The position numbers and the translations under genes are program-made. Shown piece after piece: positions 20,353 through 30,324 of a stretch of DNA of 64,000 nt. This DNA is from a virus: the IMG/VR virus record IMGVR_UViG_3300025141_013870, positions 54,249 to 118,248 of that record; one strand, 5' to 3'. The notes beneath the pieces were generated by a model, which worked only from the letters and a program-made list of their open reading frames with translations, searched no databases and was not told the DNA's origin. Position 1 is the stretch's first letter; every line of letters starts with the position of its first letter.

Positions 20353-21414
20353 ATGATAGATAGAAAATCACTAAGAGATATGATACATGAGATGTCTAAA
20401 TCATCACTATTTGAACAGGATGATACAAATGAAAGAATATCAGCAAGTGATTATGAAAAGATATATTCAGATTCACAGCAATACTTTAGAATCACGCTTA
20501 ACAAGTATGTGGAGAGAATTTCTTCAGAACAATATAAGAAAAAAATAAAAAATCAACTAAGGAAAGATGGATTTAAAGATAGCGAAATAGATGAATTTTT
20601 AGATGATAGTGACTTTCTAGACAGGGTTTCATCTGCAATAGAAAATGCTTCTATTGTTGTTGTCACAAACTCATCTTTTAATTATGACAGACTTGACAGG
20701 TGGTACGGGGCCGTACTTTCAGAAAGAAGCGAAAAATCATGGGCGCCAGATTTTAATAAGCTAAAGGATTCAATTAAAGATTCTGGAAGGATAGCGCAAC
20801 TACTTTTAAAGGTAAAAACATCTATAGGTGATTTTGTAAATCAGACTAGATCATTTGATAGTCCGATTATTCTTATAAGTTTTGAAAATTTTAAAGATGG
20901 AAAAGGAGATCTGAAAGGAACAGTTGAACATGAGGTAGACCATATTCAAGGCTTAATGGTTTCGAAAGCTAGAAAGATTATTAAAAAATCTCCTGATGAG
21001 CCAGAGACATTTTCATCTGCAGTGATATCTCTCGTAAGAGACCCGAGGATTGGAGGATGGGACGAGTGGGTGATTGATAGATTCCAAGGAGATAAAAGAG
21101 AAGCGTTTAATTTTTTAAAAGATTCATTTCAAGGAAATTTAGATCCTTCAAATCCTAGAGGAGTAGAGGAGTCCAGAAATAGATTTCGCGAGCTAAATGA
21201 TAAGCTCGGTGAATCTGAAGCTGCATTAAAAAAATTTCTTAGCAATGAAATTTCTAACCCTACGCCGCACATCCAGCTTGTCTCTAAGTACGGTAGAAGA
21301 ATTGCTCAGATAGTTCCGTTAATAAATTATGACTTGGGTGTGGATGAACTTGCGTCTATGATTTATGGAATAGCTTCTGCAGAAATGCCAGAAAAAAAAT
21401 CTAAAATAGTTTGA
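20353..21414 (+). CDS. Putative virion-associated zinc metallopeptidase-like protein
   Basis: N-terminal LRDMIHE..LFEQ motif; VEHEVDH (HExxH). Confidence 0.5.
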   Translation: MIDRKSLRDMIHEMSKSSLFEQDDTNERISASDYEKIYSDSQQYFRITLNKYVERISSEQYKKKIKNQLRKDGFKDSEIDEFLDDSDFLDRVSSAIENASIVVVTNSSFNYDRLDRWYGAVLSERSEKSWAPDFNKLKDSIKDSGRIAQLLLKVKTSIGDFVNQTRSFDSPIILISFENFKDGKGDLKGTVEHEVDHIQGLMVSKARKIIKKSPDEPETFSSAVISLVRDPRIGGWDEWVIDRFQGDKREAFNFLKDSFQGNLDPSNPRGVEESRNRFRELNDKLGESEAALKKFLSNEISNPTPHIQLVSKYGRRIAQIVPLINYDLGVDELASMIYGIASAEMPEKKSKIV

Positions 21415-21422
21415 TATTTTAA

Positions 21423-21450
21423 TGTAATTCAGTCGGTTATGAGGTATATT
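21423..21450 (+). promoter_or_regulatory. Putative TGTAWW-N16-TAnnnT promoter
   Basis: TGTAAT-N16-TATATT. Confidence 0.5.
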
Positions 21451-21475
21451 TGTTATGCATATAAAAGGAGGCTTT

Positions 21476-21733
21476 ATGCGCTATCTTCTCGTTTCTATTT
21501 TTCTAACTTTTACCTCAACTGCGCATGCAGACGACAAGATCAAGGAGGATCCCAAGGTTGTTTACAAGCAGCGTACTGAGATCGACTTTGAAGGTGTTGA
21601 AATCGCAGGCGAGCTTGTTCGGCCGCAAGGATCTCTCATCCACGAGCGGCGCCATGCAACTTTTAACCCTTTAATCAAGCTTCGTACTGACTTTGACGCA
21701 GAAATGTCACAGTCTGTAGACGAGATCAAGTAA
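21476..21733 (+). CDS. cglF: CglF/GltF-like adventurous gliding motility protein
   Basis: Signal peptide (..AHA|DD) then YKQRTEIDFEGVEIAGELVRPQG..FNPLIKLRTDFDAEMSQSVDEI, matching the myxobacterial CglF pattern as recalled; SD GGAGG. Confidence 0.75.
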   Translation: MRYLLVSIFLTFTSTAHADDKIKEDPKVVYKQRTEIDFEGVEIAGELVRPQGSLIHERRHATFNPLIKLRTDFDAEMSQSVDEIK

Positions 21734-21751
21734 AATATAAAGGATAAAGGC

Positions 21752-22732
21752 ATGCCGCAAAATTTTGACTTAGATCCTATTGTACTACCAATGGATTTAA
21801 AGTTTGATCAAGATCCTACTACAGAGTTTTATAATAATCTACAAGCACTAAAGGTAGAGCTGATTGATTATCCAACCAGAACTCAGGCTTTAAAGGTTGC
21901 ATGGCAATATGTCAAGGCTACGTGGGCTGATCATCATGATGAAACAACCACTGCTGGAATTGATCCAGCAGAGCTATCAAAAAATCTTGAAGATGTTATG
22001 TGCTTTAGAGCTCTTCCCACTCCAATGGAGTGTCTTGGGTTCACGTTTAAATTGAGCGGGCTTTCATTTCAAGAGGTCACGCATATTATTCGTCACAGAG
22101 CAGGATCTTTTGCTGCTCAATGCACGGGAGATAGAGATCTTAGAAGTGATCCGGCTGTAATTCCCGAGGCTGTTCAAAATTCTCCTGAGTTTCTTGAGAG
22201 ATGGAAGAATCTTGTCTTAGAGTCTAAACAGTTATATGCAGACATGACTGATAGTAAAGATGTTTCAATGATGGATGCCAGGATGGTTCTTCCAAAGTGT
22301 ATGACTTCTTTTTATCTTATGAGAATGAATTTAAAAGATTTGCTTGGATTTATTCGACAGAGGCAGGATAAGCAGATTCAGCCAGCTGCTGACAACATTC
22401 TCGCCGCATATATGGCTAGAGAACTAATTAATGTGCTACCAGAAGCATCTGTAGCTATTAGATTCGACTCACCTGACATGCACTATATCAAGACATTTAG
22501 AGTTAAAGAAGCAGGAAGATGGACAAGTAAGGGGACAAATCTATACTGGCCTGAGCCAAAGAATGATACATTTGAGTATCATCCAGACGACACCATATAT
22601 CAGGCTCGAAGAGAATCAATTAACGGAACAAAGAAGCCAGACGGTCCTACAGTTTTTGAAAGATTATGGGACGATGTTATGAATGATATTAGTTTCATGA
22701 AGACAGAATATAATAAAAACAAATTAGAATAA
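21752..22732 (+). CDS. thyX: ThyX-like flavin-dependent thymidylate synthase (divergent)
   Basis: HIIRHR motif, DARMVLP, NLKDLLGFIRQR. Confidence 0.75.
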   Translation: MPQNFDLDPIVLPMDLKFDQDPTTEFYNNLQALKVELIDYPTRTQALKVAWQYVKATWADHHDETTTAGIDPAELSKNLEDVMCFRALPTPMECLGFTFKLSGLSFQEVTHIIRHRAGSFAAQCTGDRDLRSDPAVIPEAVQNSPEFLERWKNLVLESKQLYADMTDSKDVSMMDARMVLPKCMTSFYLMRMNLKDLLGFIRQRQDKQIQPAADNILAAYMARELINVLPEASVAIRFDSPDMHYIKTFRVKEAGRWTSKGTNLYWPEPKNDTFEYHPDDTIYQARRESINGTKKPDGPTVFERLWDDVMNDISFMKTEYNKNKLE

Positions 22733-22802
22733 TAAATTTTAAAACAATCATAAAAATCTTATCAAGTTTTGATTATAATAATAGGCCAGATTTGGAGGAA
22801 AT

Positions 22803-23243
22803 ATGAAGGCATATATAGCAAGTTCGTGGTTTAATCCTGTAGCTAATCAGGAGGTAAACGATATTATTAGCTCTCTAGCAGAAAATAATTTTGAATTTTT
22901 TTCACCTAGAGATTTTTTTGTGTGTCCACCAGGCGCTGACCTAGAGACTCAAAAATCAACATATGAAGGAAATCTTGAACATCTTCACAATTGTGATTTC
23001 ATGATATGTAATACGCACGGAAAAGACATGGGATCAATTTTTGAGGCAGGATACTTTAAGGCACTAGATAAGCCTATTGTTTACTTTTGTGCAGGGTTGC
23101 CAGAGGGAGCATCATTTAATCTTATGCTAGCTCAAAGCGGTGTGACTGTGTGCACGTCAAAAGATCAACTAAGTGACTATCTATCTAGGTGTAGTGATCA
23201 AGAGCAGCTTCTTTTTGAGCCATATTACGGCAGTATTGAATGA
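22803..23243 (+). CDS. Nucleoside 2-deoxyribosyltransferase / dNMP N-glycosidase family
   Basis: YIASSWF, FSPRD, DMGSIFEAGY..ALDKPIV. Confidence 0.8.
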   Translation: MKAYIASSWFNPVANQEVNDIISSLAENNFEFFSPRDFFVCPPGADLETQKSTYEGNLEHLHNCDFMICNTHGKDMGSIFEAGYFKALDKPIVYFCAGLPEGASFNLMLAQSGVTVCTSKDQLSDYLSRCSDQEQLLFEPYYGSIE

Positions 23244-23713
23244 TATTTGCTTTTTTGCAAATTATCTCTACATGGATTTATGGCCACGTACTAGAGTACT
23301 CAATTCATAGATGGCTTTTGCATAAGCTTGGAACTAAAAAAGGTAGAATTTTTTCATTTCACTTCTATGGTCATCATAGCTTTGCAAGACTAAATGAATT
23401 TTTTGATAAATCATATTCTGGTTTTCCACTTAGGTGGGATCCCGCTGGAAAAGAATTGCTATCACTTTTATTCTTGATGGCAATTCATATTCCTGTTATG
23501 ATTTATTTACCATGGTCTGCACCCGTTATAGTATTTTCACTAGCACAATATTATTATGTTCACAGGAAATCTCATAACAACCCACATTGGGCAAGATCTA
23601 GTCTTATATGGCATTATGAACATCACATGGGATTAAATCAAAATAAAAACTATGGAGTCAGAACAGATATTATAGATAGGATTGTTGGAACTAGAGTAAG
23701 GTACTATAGATAA
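23240..23713 (+). CDS. Fatty acid hydroxylase / sterol desaturase family membrane protein
   Basis: His boxes HRWLLH, HFYGHH, HRKSH, HYEHH. Confidence 0.8.
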   Translation: MIFAFLQIISTWIYGHVLEYSIHRWLLHKLGTKKGRIFSFHFYGHHSFARLNEFFDKSYSGFPLRWDPAGKELLSLLFLMAIHIPVMIYLPWSAPVIVFSLAQYYYVHRKSHNNPHWARSSLIWHYEHHMGLNQNKNYGVRTDIIDRIVGTRVRYYR

Positions 23714-23728
23714 TAGCTAGGTTTGTTT

Positions 23729-24772
23729 ATGAAAAAAGATTATTATGAAATATTAGGAGTTAATAAAGATTCTACGCCAGATGAGATCAAAAAGGTGTAT
23801 AGAGGACTTGCTTTAAAATATCATCCTGATAAAAATCCAGATGATAAGGATGCAGAGCAGATGTTTAAAAATATCTCTGAGGCATATGCAGTTTTATCAG
23901 ATAAAGAAAAACGATATAACTATGATAATTTCGGGCATCATGGGGACCAACAGTTTCCAGGAGGCTTTGAAGATATATTTGATCACTTTTCTGGAATGTT
24001 TGGAGGTACATTTGGATCTGAATTTTTCAATAGACAAAGAAGATCTGCACCTGTTGGGAACCCTGTTGCGATAAAAGTTCCTATTACTCTTGAAGAAGTT
24101 CTTTCCGGAACAGTAAGAGATATAAATTTTTCTAGAATAGATTCATGCGAAGAGTGTAGCGGGCGTGGATTCATCAACGATCATGATGTTGGAATTTGTG
24201 AAGGGTGTAGCGGAAGCGGTCAATCTCATCACAGTGTCGGGTTTGTCAAGGTCCAGATGACATGTGGTCAATGCGGCGGCACAGGAAAGAAAATAACTAA
24301 TCCATGTTCATCTTGTAATGGAAAAGGATTAAATCATAAGAAAGATAATGTGACTATAACAATTCCCCCTGGCGTCTTAGAGGGTGACCAGCTATGTATC
24401 TCTGGAAAAGGAAACAGGCCATCTAACAATCACGCACCTGGAGATCTTGTTTTAATCATGTCAATAGTAGGTGACAATAGATTTGAAAGAGATGGACCTC
24501 ATCTTTATAGCAGAGAGTCTATATCGTTCCCGCAAGCAGCACTCGGCACGTCTATTATAGTAGATTTAATAGACGGAAAGATAAACCTCGCGATACCGCC
24601 TGGTACACAACCAAACTCTATGATGAGCATTCCAAAAAGAGGGTTGCCCATCGATACGCAAAATTCCGAAAGGGGTCACCACTATGTCAGAATTTCAGTA
24701 GAAGTTCCAAAGTCATTAAGCGCCAGAGAGAGAGAAATAATAGAGAAACTTAGAGACATTGAAAGCGTGTAA
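23729..24772 (+). CDS. dnaJ: Chaperone DnaJ
   Basis: J domain with HPD, G/F region, four CxxCxGxG repeats. Confidence 0.95.
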   Translation: MKKDYYEILGVNKDSTPDEIKKVYRGLALKYHPDKNPDDKDAEQMFKNISEAYAVLSDKEKRYNYDNFGHHGDQQFPGGFEDIFDHFSGMFGGTFGSEFFNRQRRSAPVGNPVAIKVPITLEEVLSGTVRDINFSRIDSCEECSGRGFINDHDVGICEGCSGSGQSHHSVGFVKVQMTCGQCGGTGKKITNPCSSCNGKGLNHKKDNVTITIPPGVLEGDQLCISGKGNRPSNNHAPGDLVLIMSIVGDNRFERDGPHLYSRESISFPQAALGTSIIVDLIDGKINLAIPPGTQPNSMMSIPKRGLPIDTQNSERGHHYVRISVEVPKSLSAREREIIEKLRDIESV

Positions 24773-24795
24773 AATTCTTTATTTAAGCCTATAAT
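24768..24795 (+). promoter_or_regulatory. Putative TGTAWW-N16-TAnnnT promoter
   Basis: TGTAAA-N16-TATAAT upstream of dnaE. Confidence 0.55.
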
Positions 24796-24818
24796 AAAAT
24801 AACAAACTAAGGTTTTAA

Positions 24819-27800
24819 ATGTCAGAGAAAAAGAATTTTATACTTCCTAAGAGATTTGTCGGCTTACACGCTCACAGCGGAACTGGATCTCCGTATGACG
24901 GTCTGGGATATCCAGATCAGCATATAGATTTTGTTCTATCTAATGATATGGATGCATGGGCATTAACTGATCACGGAAACGGAAATGGTCTTGCACATGC
25001 TCATGCGTATGCCAAGAAGTTAAAAAACAAGGGACAAAAATATAAACAGCTGTATGGTGTAGAATTTTATTTTGTTCCTTCTCTTTTTGACTGGAGAATA
25101 CAATATGAGAATCATAGAGAGGAAGTTCGTCAAGCTAGAACAGAAAAAAAGTCAAAAGAGAGAACAGATATCGATTCTGAAGACGAGGTGTCAGGCGGAC
25201 TTATTATAGAAAACGAAGAAGAGACAAAAGGTGATTTTGATAAAAATGTGTGGAAAAGACGATATCATCTCGTTGTCTTAGCTAAAAACAGCCAGGGTCT
25301 AGAGAATTTATTTACTCTTGTAAAAAGATCATACACAGATGGTTTTTATAGATTTCCAAGAATTGATTTTGATCTTCTTAATAAGTATGGTGATGGCCTT
25401 ATAGTAAGCACAGCATGCATTGGCGGATACCCATCATCGTTAATAGCAAGAGGTGAATCACATGGAAAGTCAAGCAAAGATATCATTCTTGATTTAGAAA
25501 ACATGTCTGATAGATTTATTGACGCAGTAGGAAGAGAAAATTTTAATCTCGAGATTCAATTCAATTCATTGTCTATGCAACATAAGACAAACAAATATCT
25601 TATAAAGCTTCATGAAAAAACAGGAATTCCTCTAGTTGCAACTGCTGATAGTCACTACTATAGCAGAAACATGTGGGAAGCAAGAGAGCTTTACAGAAAG
25701 CTTGGCAGAATGGGAGCTAGAGGAGATTCAATGCCTACACTTCCTTCTTTTGAAGATCTTAAATGTGAGCTTTATCCTAAGAATGCTAACCAGATGTGGG
25801 ATGAATTTAACGTTCACCTTCCTGAATATGAGTTTTATAAAGGAAAAGAACAGATTATTTCCGATGCAATTGAGAGAACATATGACATTGCATGGGAACA
25901 ATGTGAAGAAATATGGTTTGACGAAGATGCAAAATTACCAAATTTTGACTTGCCTGACAATCCTGCTATTACTCAGCTAGTATTTAGAGTCAAAAAAGCA
26001 CTTATTGATGAAGGTCTTCACGAAAAGAAAGAGTATGTAGAAAGAGCAACGATGGAGCTGAGCGACATCAAGCACCTTGGTTTTGAAAATTATTTTCTCA
26101 CAATGACAAAGGTTTTTGATCTAGCTTCAAAGAAAACTATTATTGGACCAGGAAGAGGTTCTGGAGCAGGATCTCTTGTAAATTATCTCTTAGGAATCAC
26201 TACGACAGATCCCATCAAGTATGGTCTTCTATGGGAGAGGTTTTTGCATAGAGCAAAAGCAGGATGGCCAGATATTGATACAGACGCTGGTGATAGAGAT
26301 GTCTTGATAAATGCGTCTAGAGAATTATTTGGAGATGAATCAGTTGTACCTGTTTCAAATTTTAATACTTTAAAATTAAAATCTCTAATAAAAGATGTTT
26401 CAAAATTTTATGGCATTGATTTTGGTGAGGTCAATGCAATGACAAATAAGCTTGAAAAAGAAGTCATGCATAAGGCAATGGGAGACCATGAAGAAAAATC
26501 GACTTATGTTCTAACTCATGAAGACTGTTTGAAATATTCTGATAACTATGTTGACTTCATGTCAAAATATCCAAAGGTATCCGAACAGGTTCAAAAGCTT
26601 TTTATGGAATCAAGATCTATTGGAAGACATGCAGGCGGAGTCCTGATATGCCCAAATCTAGAAAAATATATGCCACTTATTAAGGTAAGAGGAGAGCTCC
26701 AGACGCCATGGTCAGAAGGCATGAACTTTAGGCACTTAGAGCCTAATGGCTTTCTTAAGTTTGATTTTCTAGGTCTAACAACTTTAAAAATGGTTGAAGA
26801 TTGTATTCGACTTGTCTTGAGAAAACAGGGAAACACATCACCTTCATTTGATGACATTAGTAAATTTTTTGATGATAATATAAACTGTAGATATAATGAC
26901 TTAACTGATGATAAAGTTTGGGAACATGTTTATCACAAGGGAAGATTTGTACAGGTGTTTCAATTTACGCAGCAGGGCGCAAGAAATTTTTGCAGAAGAG
27001 CAAAGCCAAGAACCATAGAAGAGCTAGCAACAATTACGGCAATATATAGGCCGGGCCCGCTGGCAGCAAATGTTGATAAGAAATATGTCAAGACGAAAAG
27101 GGAGGCAGAAAATGGAAGCCCTATTCGCTATGATCATCCAGTGATTGAAGAGATACTGAGTGAAACATATGGTTTTATATCATTCCAAGAGCAATTCATG
27201 CTCTTAGCACAGAGGCTATCAGGATTTGACAAGGGGGAATCAGACAAGATGAGAAAGACACTTGTCAAGAAGTCTCTTGATTCAAATGCAGCAAAGGTGC
27301 AGGAAAGAATTGACTTAAGAAAGAAGTTTGTTGATGGAGCAGTTGAGCTATCTGGAATGAAAAGAGATATAGCAGAGACTCTTTACGAGACAATTGAGTA
27401 TTTTTCTGGATATGGATTTAATAAATCACATGCGATTTCGTATGCGATCGATTCGTATTATTCTGCGTGGCTGCATACTCATTATGAAAAAGAATGGCTA
27501 GCCACATGTCTTCAGACTCAAAACGGAACAAATAAGTTTGGAAAGGTTATCAATGAGATCAAGTCTTTGGGATACAAAATACTTCCTCCTGACATTAATA
27601 TTTCTTCTGATGTCTGGGTGTATAGTGATGAAAGAAACGGTTTTGTTCCGCCTTTAACTGCGATCAAAGGTGTTGGATCAGCTGCAGTTGAAGAGATCAT
27701 TGATCGCAGACCGTTTTCTAATATAGATGAAATGCTTTTTACAGAGGACGGAAAATGGAAGCCTTCTAAGATGAATAAAACATGCTTTGATTCATTGTGC

Positions 27801-28385
27801 AAGGTAGAAGCTTTTGGATCACTTGATGAGATGAAAAATAGAGCAATTAAGAATCATAGACAGCTATATGAAACAATTGTTGGAAATTATGATCTTTTAA
27901 AAAAAGGTCGATACGGAATAACAAAAACTGCGTATAAAAAGACTATTAAAGAAAGAGGTGATATTCCAAGATTTATAGATGAAAAAACAATAGAGAATTA
28001 TGATCTTCAAGATTGGACTCGTGAATCTAAAATATTATTTAGTGTTGACTTGATGGCAGGAGCAGATGAAACTCTTATCTTTCCTCCAAAGATAATGGAG
28101 AAGATTGAAAATGCCAATGTGAGACCTGCCTCTAGCCTGATGGGAAAGGAGAAAGATATAGTCTGGTTCTGTATTCAAACACTAGAGGAGAGAACAACGA
28201 AAAATGGAAAAATTTTCTACAGGATGAAAGTTATAGATAATAACTTCGAAAGTACGTGGATTCGTGTTTGGGGTGCATTTAGAGATATTCCAGATCTTTA
28301 CACCATGTGGATCGCTGAGGTTGCATCTACAGATTCATGGGGCTGTTCTACATCGTCATATAAAATGAAAAGGATTGATGTATAG
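24819..28385 (+). CDS. dnaE: DNA polymerase III alpha subunit (PHP domain with intact metal ligands)
   Basis: LHAHS, TDHG, GRGSGAGSL, PDIDTD, GRHAGG, KFDFLGL, GFNKSHA. Confidence 0.95.
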   Translation: MSEKKNFILPKRFVGLHAHSGTGSPYDGLGYPDQHIDFVLSNDMDAWALTDHGNGNGLAHAHAYAKKLKNKGQKYKQLYGVEFYFVPSLFDWRIQYENHREEVRQARTEKKSKERTDIDSEDEVSGGLIIENEEETKGDFDKNVWKRRYHLVVLAKNSQGLENLFTLVKRSYTDGFYRFPRIDFDLLNKYGDGLIVSTACIGGYPSSLIARGESHGKSSKDIILDLENMSDRFIDAVGRENFNLEIQFNSLSMQHKTNKYLIKLHEKTGIPLVATADSHYYSRNMWEARELYRKLGRMGARGDSMPTLPSFEDLKCELYPKNANQMWDEFNVHLPEYEFYKGKEQIISDAIERTYDIAWEQCEEIWFDEDAKLPNFDLPDNPAITQLVFRVKKALIDEGLHEKKEYVERATMELSDIKHLGFENYFLTMTKVFDLASKKTIIGPGRGSGAGSLVNYLLGITTTDPIKYGLLWERFLHRAKAGWPDIDTDAGDRDVLINASRELFGDESVVPVSNFNTLKLKSLIKDVSKFYGIDFGEVNAMTNKLEKEVMHKAMGDHEEKSTYVLTHEDCLKYSDNYVDFMSKYPKVSEQVQKLFMESRSIGRHAGGVLICPNLEKYMPLIKVRGELQTPWSEGMNFRHLEPNGFLKFDFLGLTTLKMVEDCIRLVLRKQGNTSPSFDDISKFFDDNINCRYNDLTDDKVWEHVYHKGRFVQVFQFTQQGARNFCRRAKPRTIEELATITAIYRPGPLAANVDKKYVKTKREAENGSPIRYDHPVIEEILSETYGFISFQEQFMLLAQRLSGFDKGESDKMRKTLVKKSLDSNAAKVQERIDLRKKFVDGAVELSGMKRDIAETLYETIEYFSGYGFNKSHAISYAIDSYYSAWLHTHYEKEWLATCLQTQNGTNKFGKVINEIKSLGYKILPPDINISSDVWVYSDERNGFVPPLTAIKGVGSAAVEEIIDRRPFSNIDEMLFTEDGKWKPSKMNKTCFDSLCKVEAFGSLDEMKNRAIKNHRQLYETIVGNYDLLKKGRYGITKTAYKKTIKERGDIPRFIDEKTIENYDLQDWTRESKILFSVDLMAGADETLIFPPKIMEKIENANVRPASSLMGKEKDIVWFCIQTLEERTTKNGKIFYRMKVIDNNFESTWIRVWGAFRDIPDLYTMWIAEVASTDSWGCSTSSYKMKRIDV

Positions 28386-29290
28386 TGTTATTGTTTCCTA
28401 CAAATACTCTTTTTATAGAAGGTCCTGACTGTTCTGGAAAGACAACTTTAATAAAGAACATTCACAATCTATCAAATTATTTGTGGCATATTCACGATAG
28501 ATCTCAAATATCAAGAAGCATATTTAATGAGCTTTATAATAGAGAAAATGATAACATAGAGTCAGATTTACATCTTGAAATTTCAAATCTCAATAATAGA
28601 TTCGTCTTGTTACTACCTGATATAAGGGTTGTTAGTGAAAGATTTATTAAAAGAGGAGATGACTTTCATAAAGACATGAAATCAATAGAAAGTGTTTATA
28701 ATATCTTTGAGAGAAAATTTAAATACCTAAGAGATTTTCCAAATACTATGATATATTCAAAAAGTCATCCAGATGAAATAGCATCAATTGTGCTCGCCAG
28801 GCTTCATCTTGTTGAACGATGCATGATTAGAGAGGTATCAGATCAGGTATTAAGATTTGTAGAGTGTAATAATAATGAGGCTTATCCCGTTAAGTTTACA
28901 TTATATGATGATGGTGAATTTGAAGAGGCTAGTGAATCAGTACTTGACTATAAGCCAGAAAGCGATTATTACAATTCCATATTTAATAAACTGCACACAA
29001 AAATAAGTGATGAGCTAGCGGGAAATAATGAATATAGCAGGGTTGAAGATACAACCTCTAGAAGATTTATTTATACAGATAATACATGTATATCGCTTAT
29101 TCATGTCGCAATTAGAGACAGAGTTATGGATTTTCATACAGTGATTAGATCATCTGATGTCGAAAACATTTTTCCTCACGATCTAAGATTTTTGTATTAT
29201 CTAGCTGCCACTTGTTATAATAGATTTTCAGATGAATGTGATAAGGTTAGAATGAGATTTAATTTAAACTCTGCTCACATAATATGTTAA
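28385..29290 (+). CDS. Fusion: dNMP kinase-like P-loop domain + thymidylate-synthase-fold domain (dCMP hydroxymethylase-type)
   Basis: EGPDCSGKTT and HDRS; C235, R255-S-S-D258, P-H-D266, C-terminal SAHI. Confidence 0.7.
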   Translation: MLLFPTNTLFIEGPDCSGKTTLIKNIHNLSNYLWHIHDRSQISRSIFNELYNRENDNIESDLHLEISNLNNRFVLLLPDIRVVSERFIKRGDDFHKDMKSIESVYNIFERKFKYLRDFPNTMIYSKSHPDEIASIVLARLHLVERCMIREVSDQVLRFVECNNNEAYPVKFTLYDDGEFEEASESVLDYKPESDYYNSIFNKLHTKISDELAGNNEYSRVEDTTSRRFIYTDNTCISLIHVAIRDRVMDFHTVIRSSDVENIFPHDLRFLYYLAATCYNRFSDECDKVRMRFNLNSAHIIC

Positions 29291-29316
29291 AATTTTGAAG
29301 TTAAAACGGAGAGACT

Positions 29317-30324
29317 ATGAAAAGAGCACTAGTAACAGGAGGATGCGGATTTATCGGATCCAATCTTTCAAAGAGACTTGTAAAAGACGGATGGGTTGTT
29401 GACATTGTAGATGATCTATCAAGTGGACATTTAGAGCTAGTTCAAGAATTAAAGATTAGAGTTATACCGGTAGACTTGTTATCACAATTTTATGATAATT
29501 TTGATAGAGATGAAGGAACAGTTCACATTTTGCAAGGTGATTTTTCACATGACAATGTGTTAAAAAATATCATTGATCAAAAATATGATTATGTTTTTCA
29601 TCAGGCTGCGATACCAAGGGTCCTTTTTTCTGTTGAAAACCCATCTTTAACAACAGAAGTGAATATAGCAGAAACGGTTAGGTTGTTTGAGGCATGCATA
29701 GGAAGTGTCAAGAGAGTCATATTTGCATCATCATCATCTGTTTACGGAGGCGCGGATGTTCTTCCCACACGTGAAAGTATGTCAAAAAATCCTAAGTCAC
29801 CATATGCGTGGCAAAAGAGCGCAGTTGAAGATATAGCGGAATTATTTTGTCAATTATACGATATTGATATCGTATGCTTAAGATACTTTAACGTCTTTGG
29901 ACCAGGCCAGTATGGCGACTCTCCGTACTCCACAGCAGTTTCTGCCTGGTGTCACGCACTTAAAAATGGATCGCCTATGAGAAGTGACGGTGATGGATCA
30001 CAAACAAGAGATATGTGCTATATTGACAATGTTATCCACGCTAACGTACTAGCTGCTGAATCTGATCGAACGAGATTTGATGGATTTAATGGAAGATGCT
30101 ATAATATTTCATGCGGAGATAGAACATCTAATTCTGAAATATTAGAATACTTTACAAAGAGATATTCTCACGCAGCTGTTGTCAATGCTCCCTGGAGACC
30201 TGGTGATGTAATGCACACCCAGGCAGATATATCAAGAGCAAGCGAAGAGATTGGATATGAACCTCTTGTGAGATTCTGGGACGGACTAGAAAAGACTATT
30301 GAATGGTGGGGTATAGATTCTTGA
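29317..30324 (+). CDS. NAD-dependent nucleotide-sugar epimerase/dehydratase
   Basis: VTGGCGFIGS, SSSSVYG, YAWQK (YxxxK), LRYFNVFGP. Confidence 0.92.
   Translation: MKRALVTGGCGFIGSNLSKRLVKDGWVVDIVDDLSSGHLELVQELKIRVIPVDLLSQFYDNFDRDEGTVHILQGDFSHDNVLKNIIDQKYDYVFHQAAIPRVLFSVENPSLTTEVNIAETVRLFEACIGSVKRVIFASSSSVYGGADVLPTRESMSKNPKSPYAWQKSAVEDIAELFCQLYDIDIVCLRYFNVFGPGQYGDSPYSTAVSAWCHALKNGSPMRSDGDGSQTRDMCYIDNVIHANVLAAESDRTRFDGFNGRCYNISCGDRTSNSEILEYFTKRYSHAAVVNAPWRPGDVMHTQADISRASEEIGYEPLVRFWDGLEKTIEWWGIDS

Noticed and set aside
1759-28385. Inteins or introns in nrdJ, helicase or dnaE
   Set aside because: Lengths and motif spacing are normal; no intein boundary or homing-endonuclease motifs seen.
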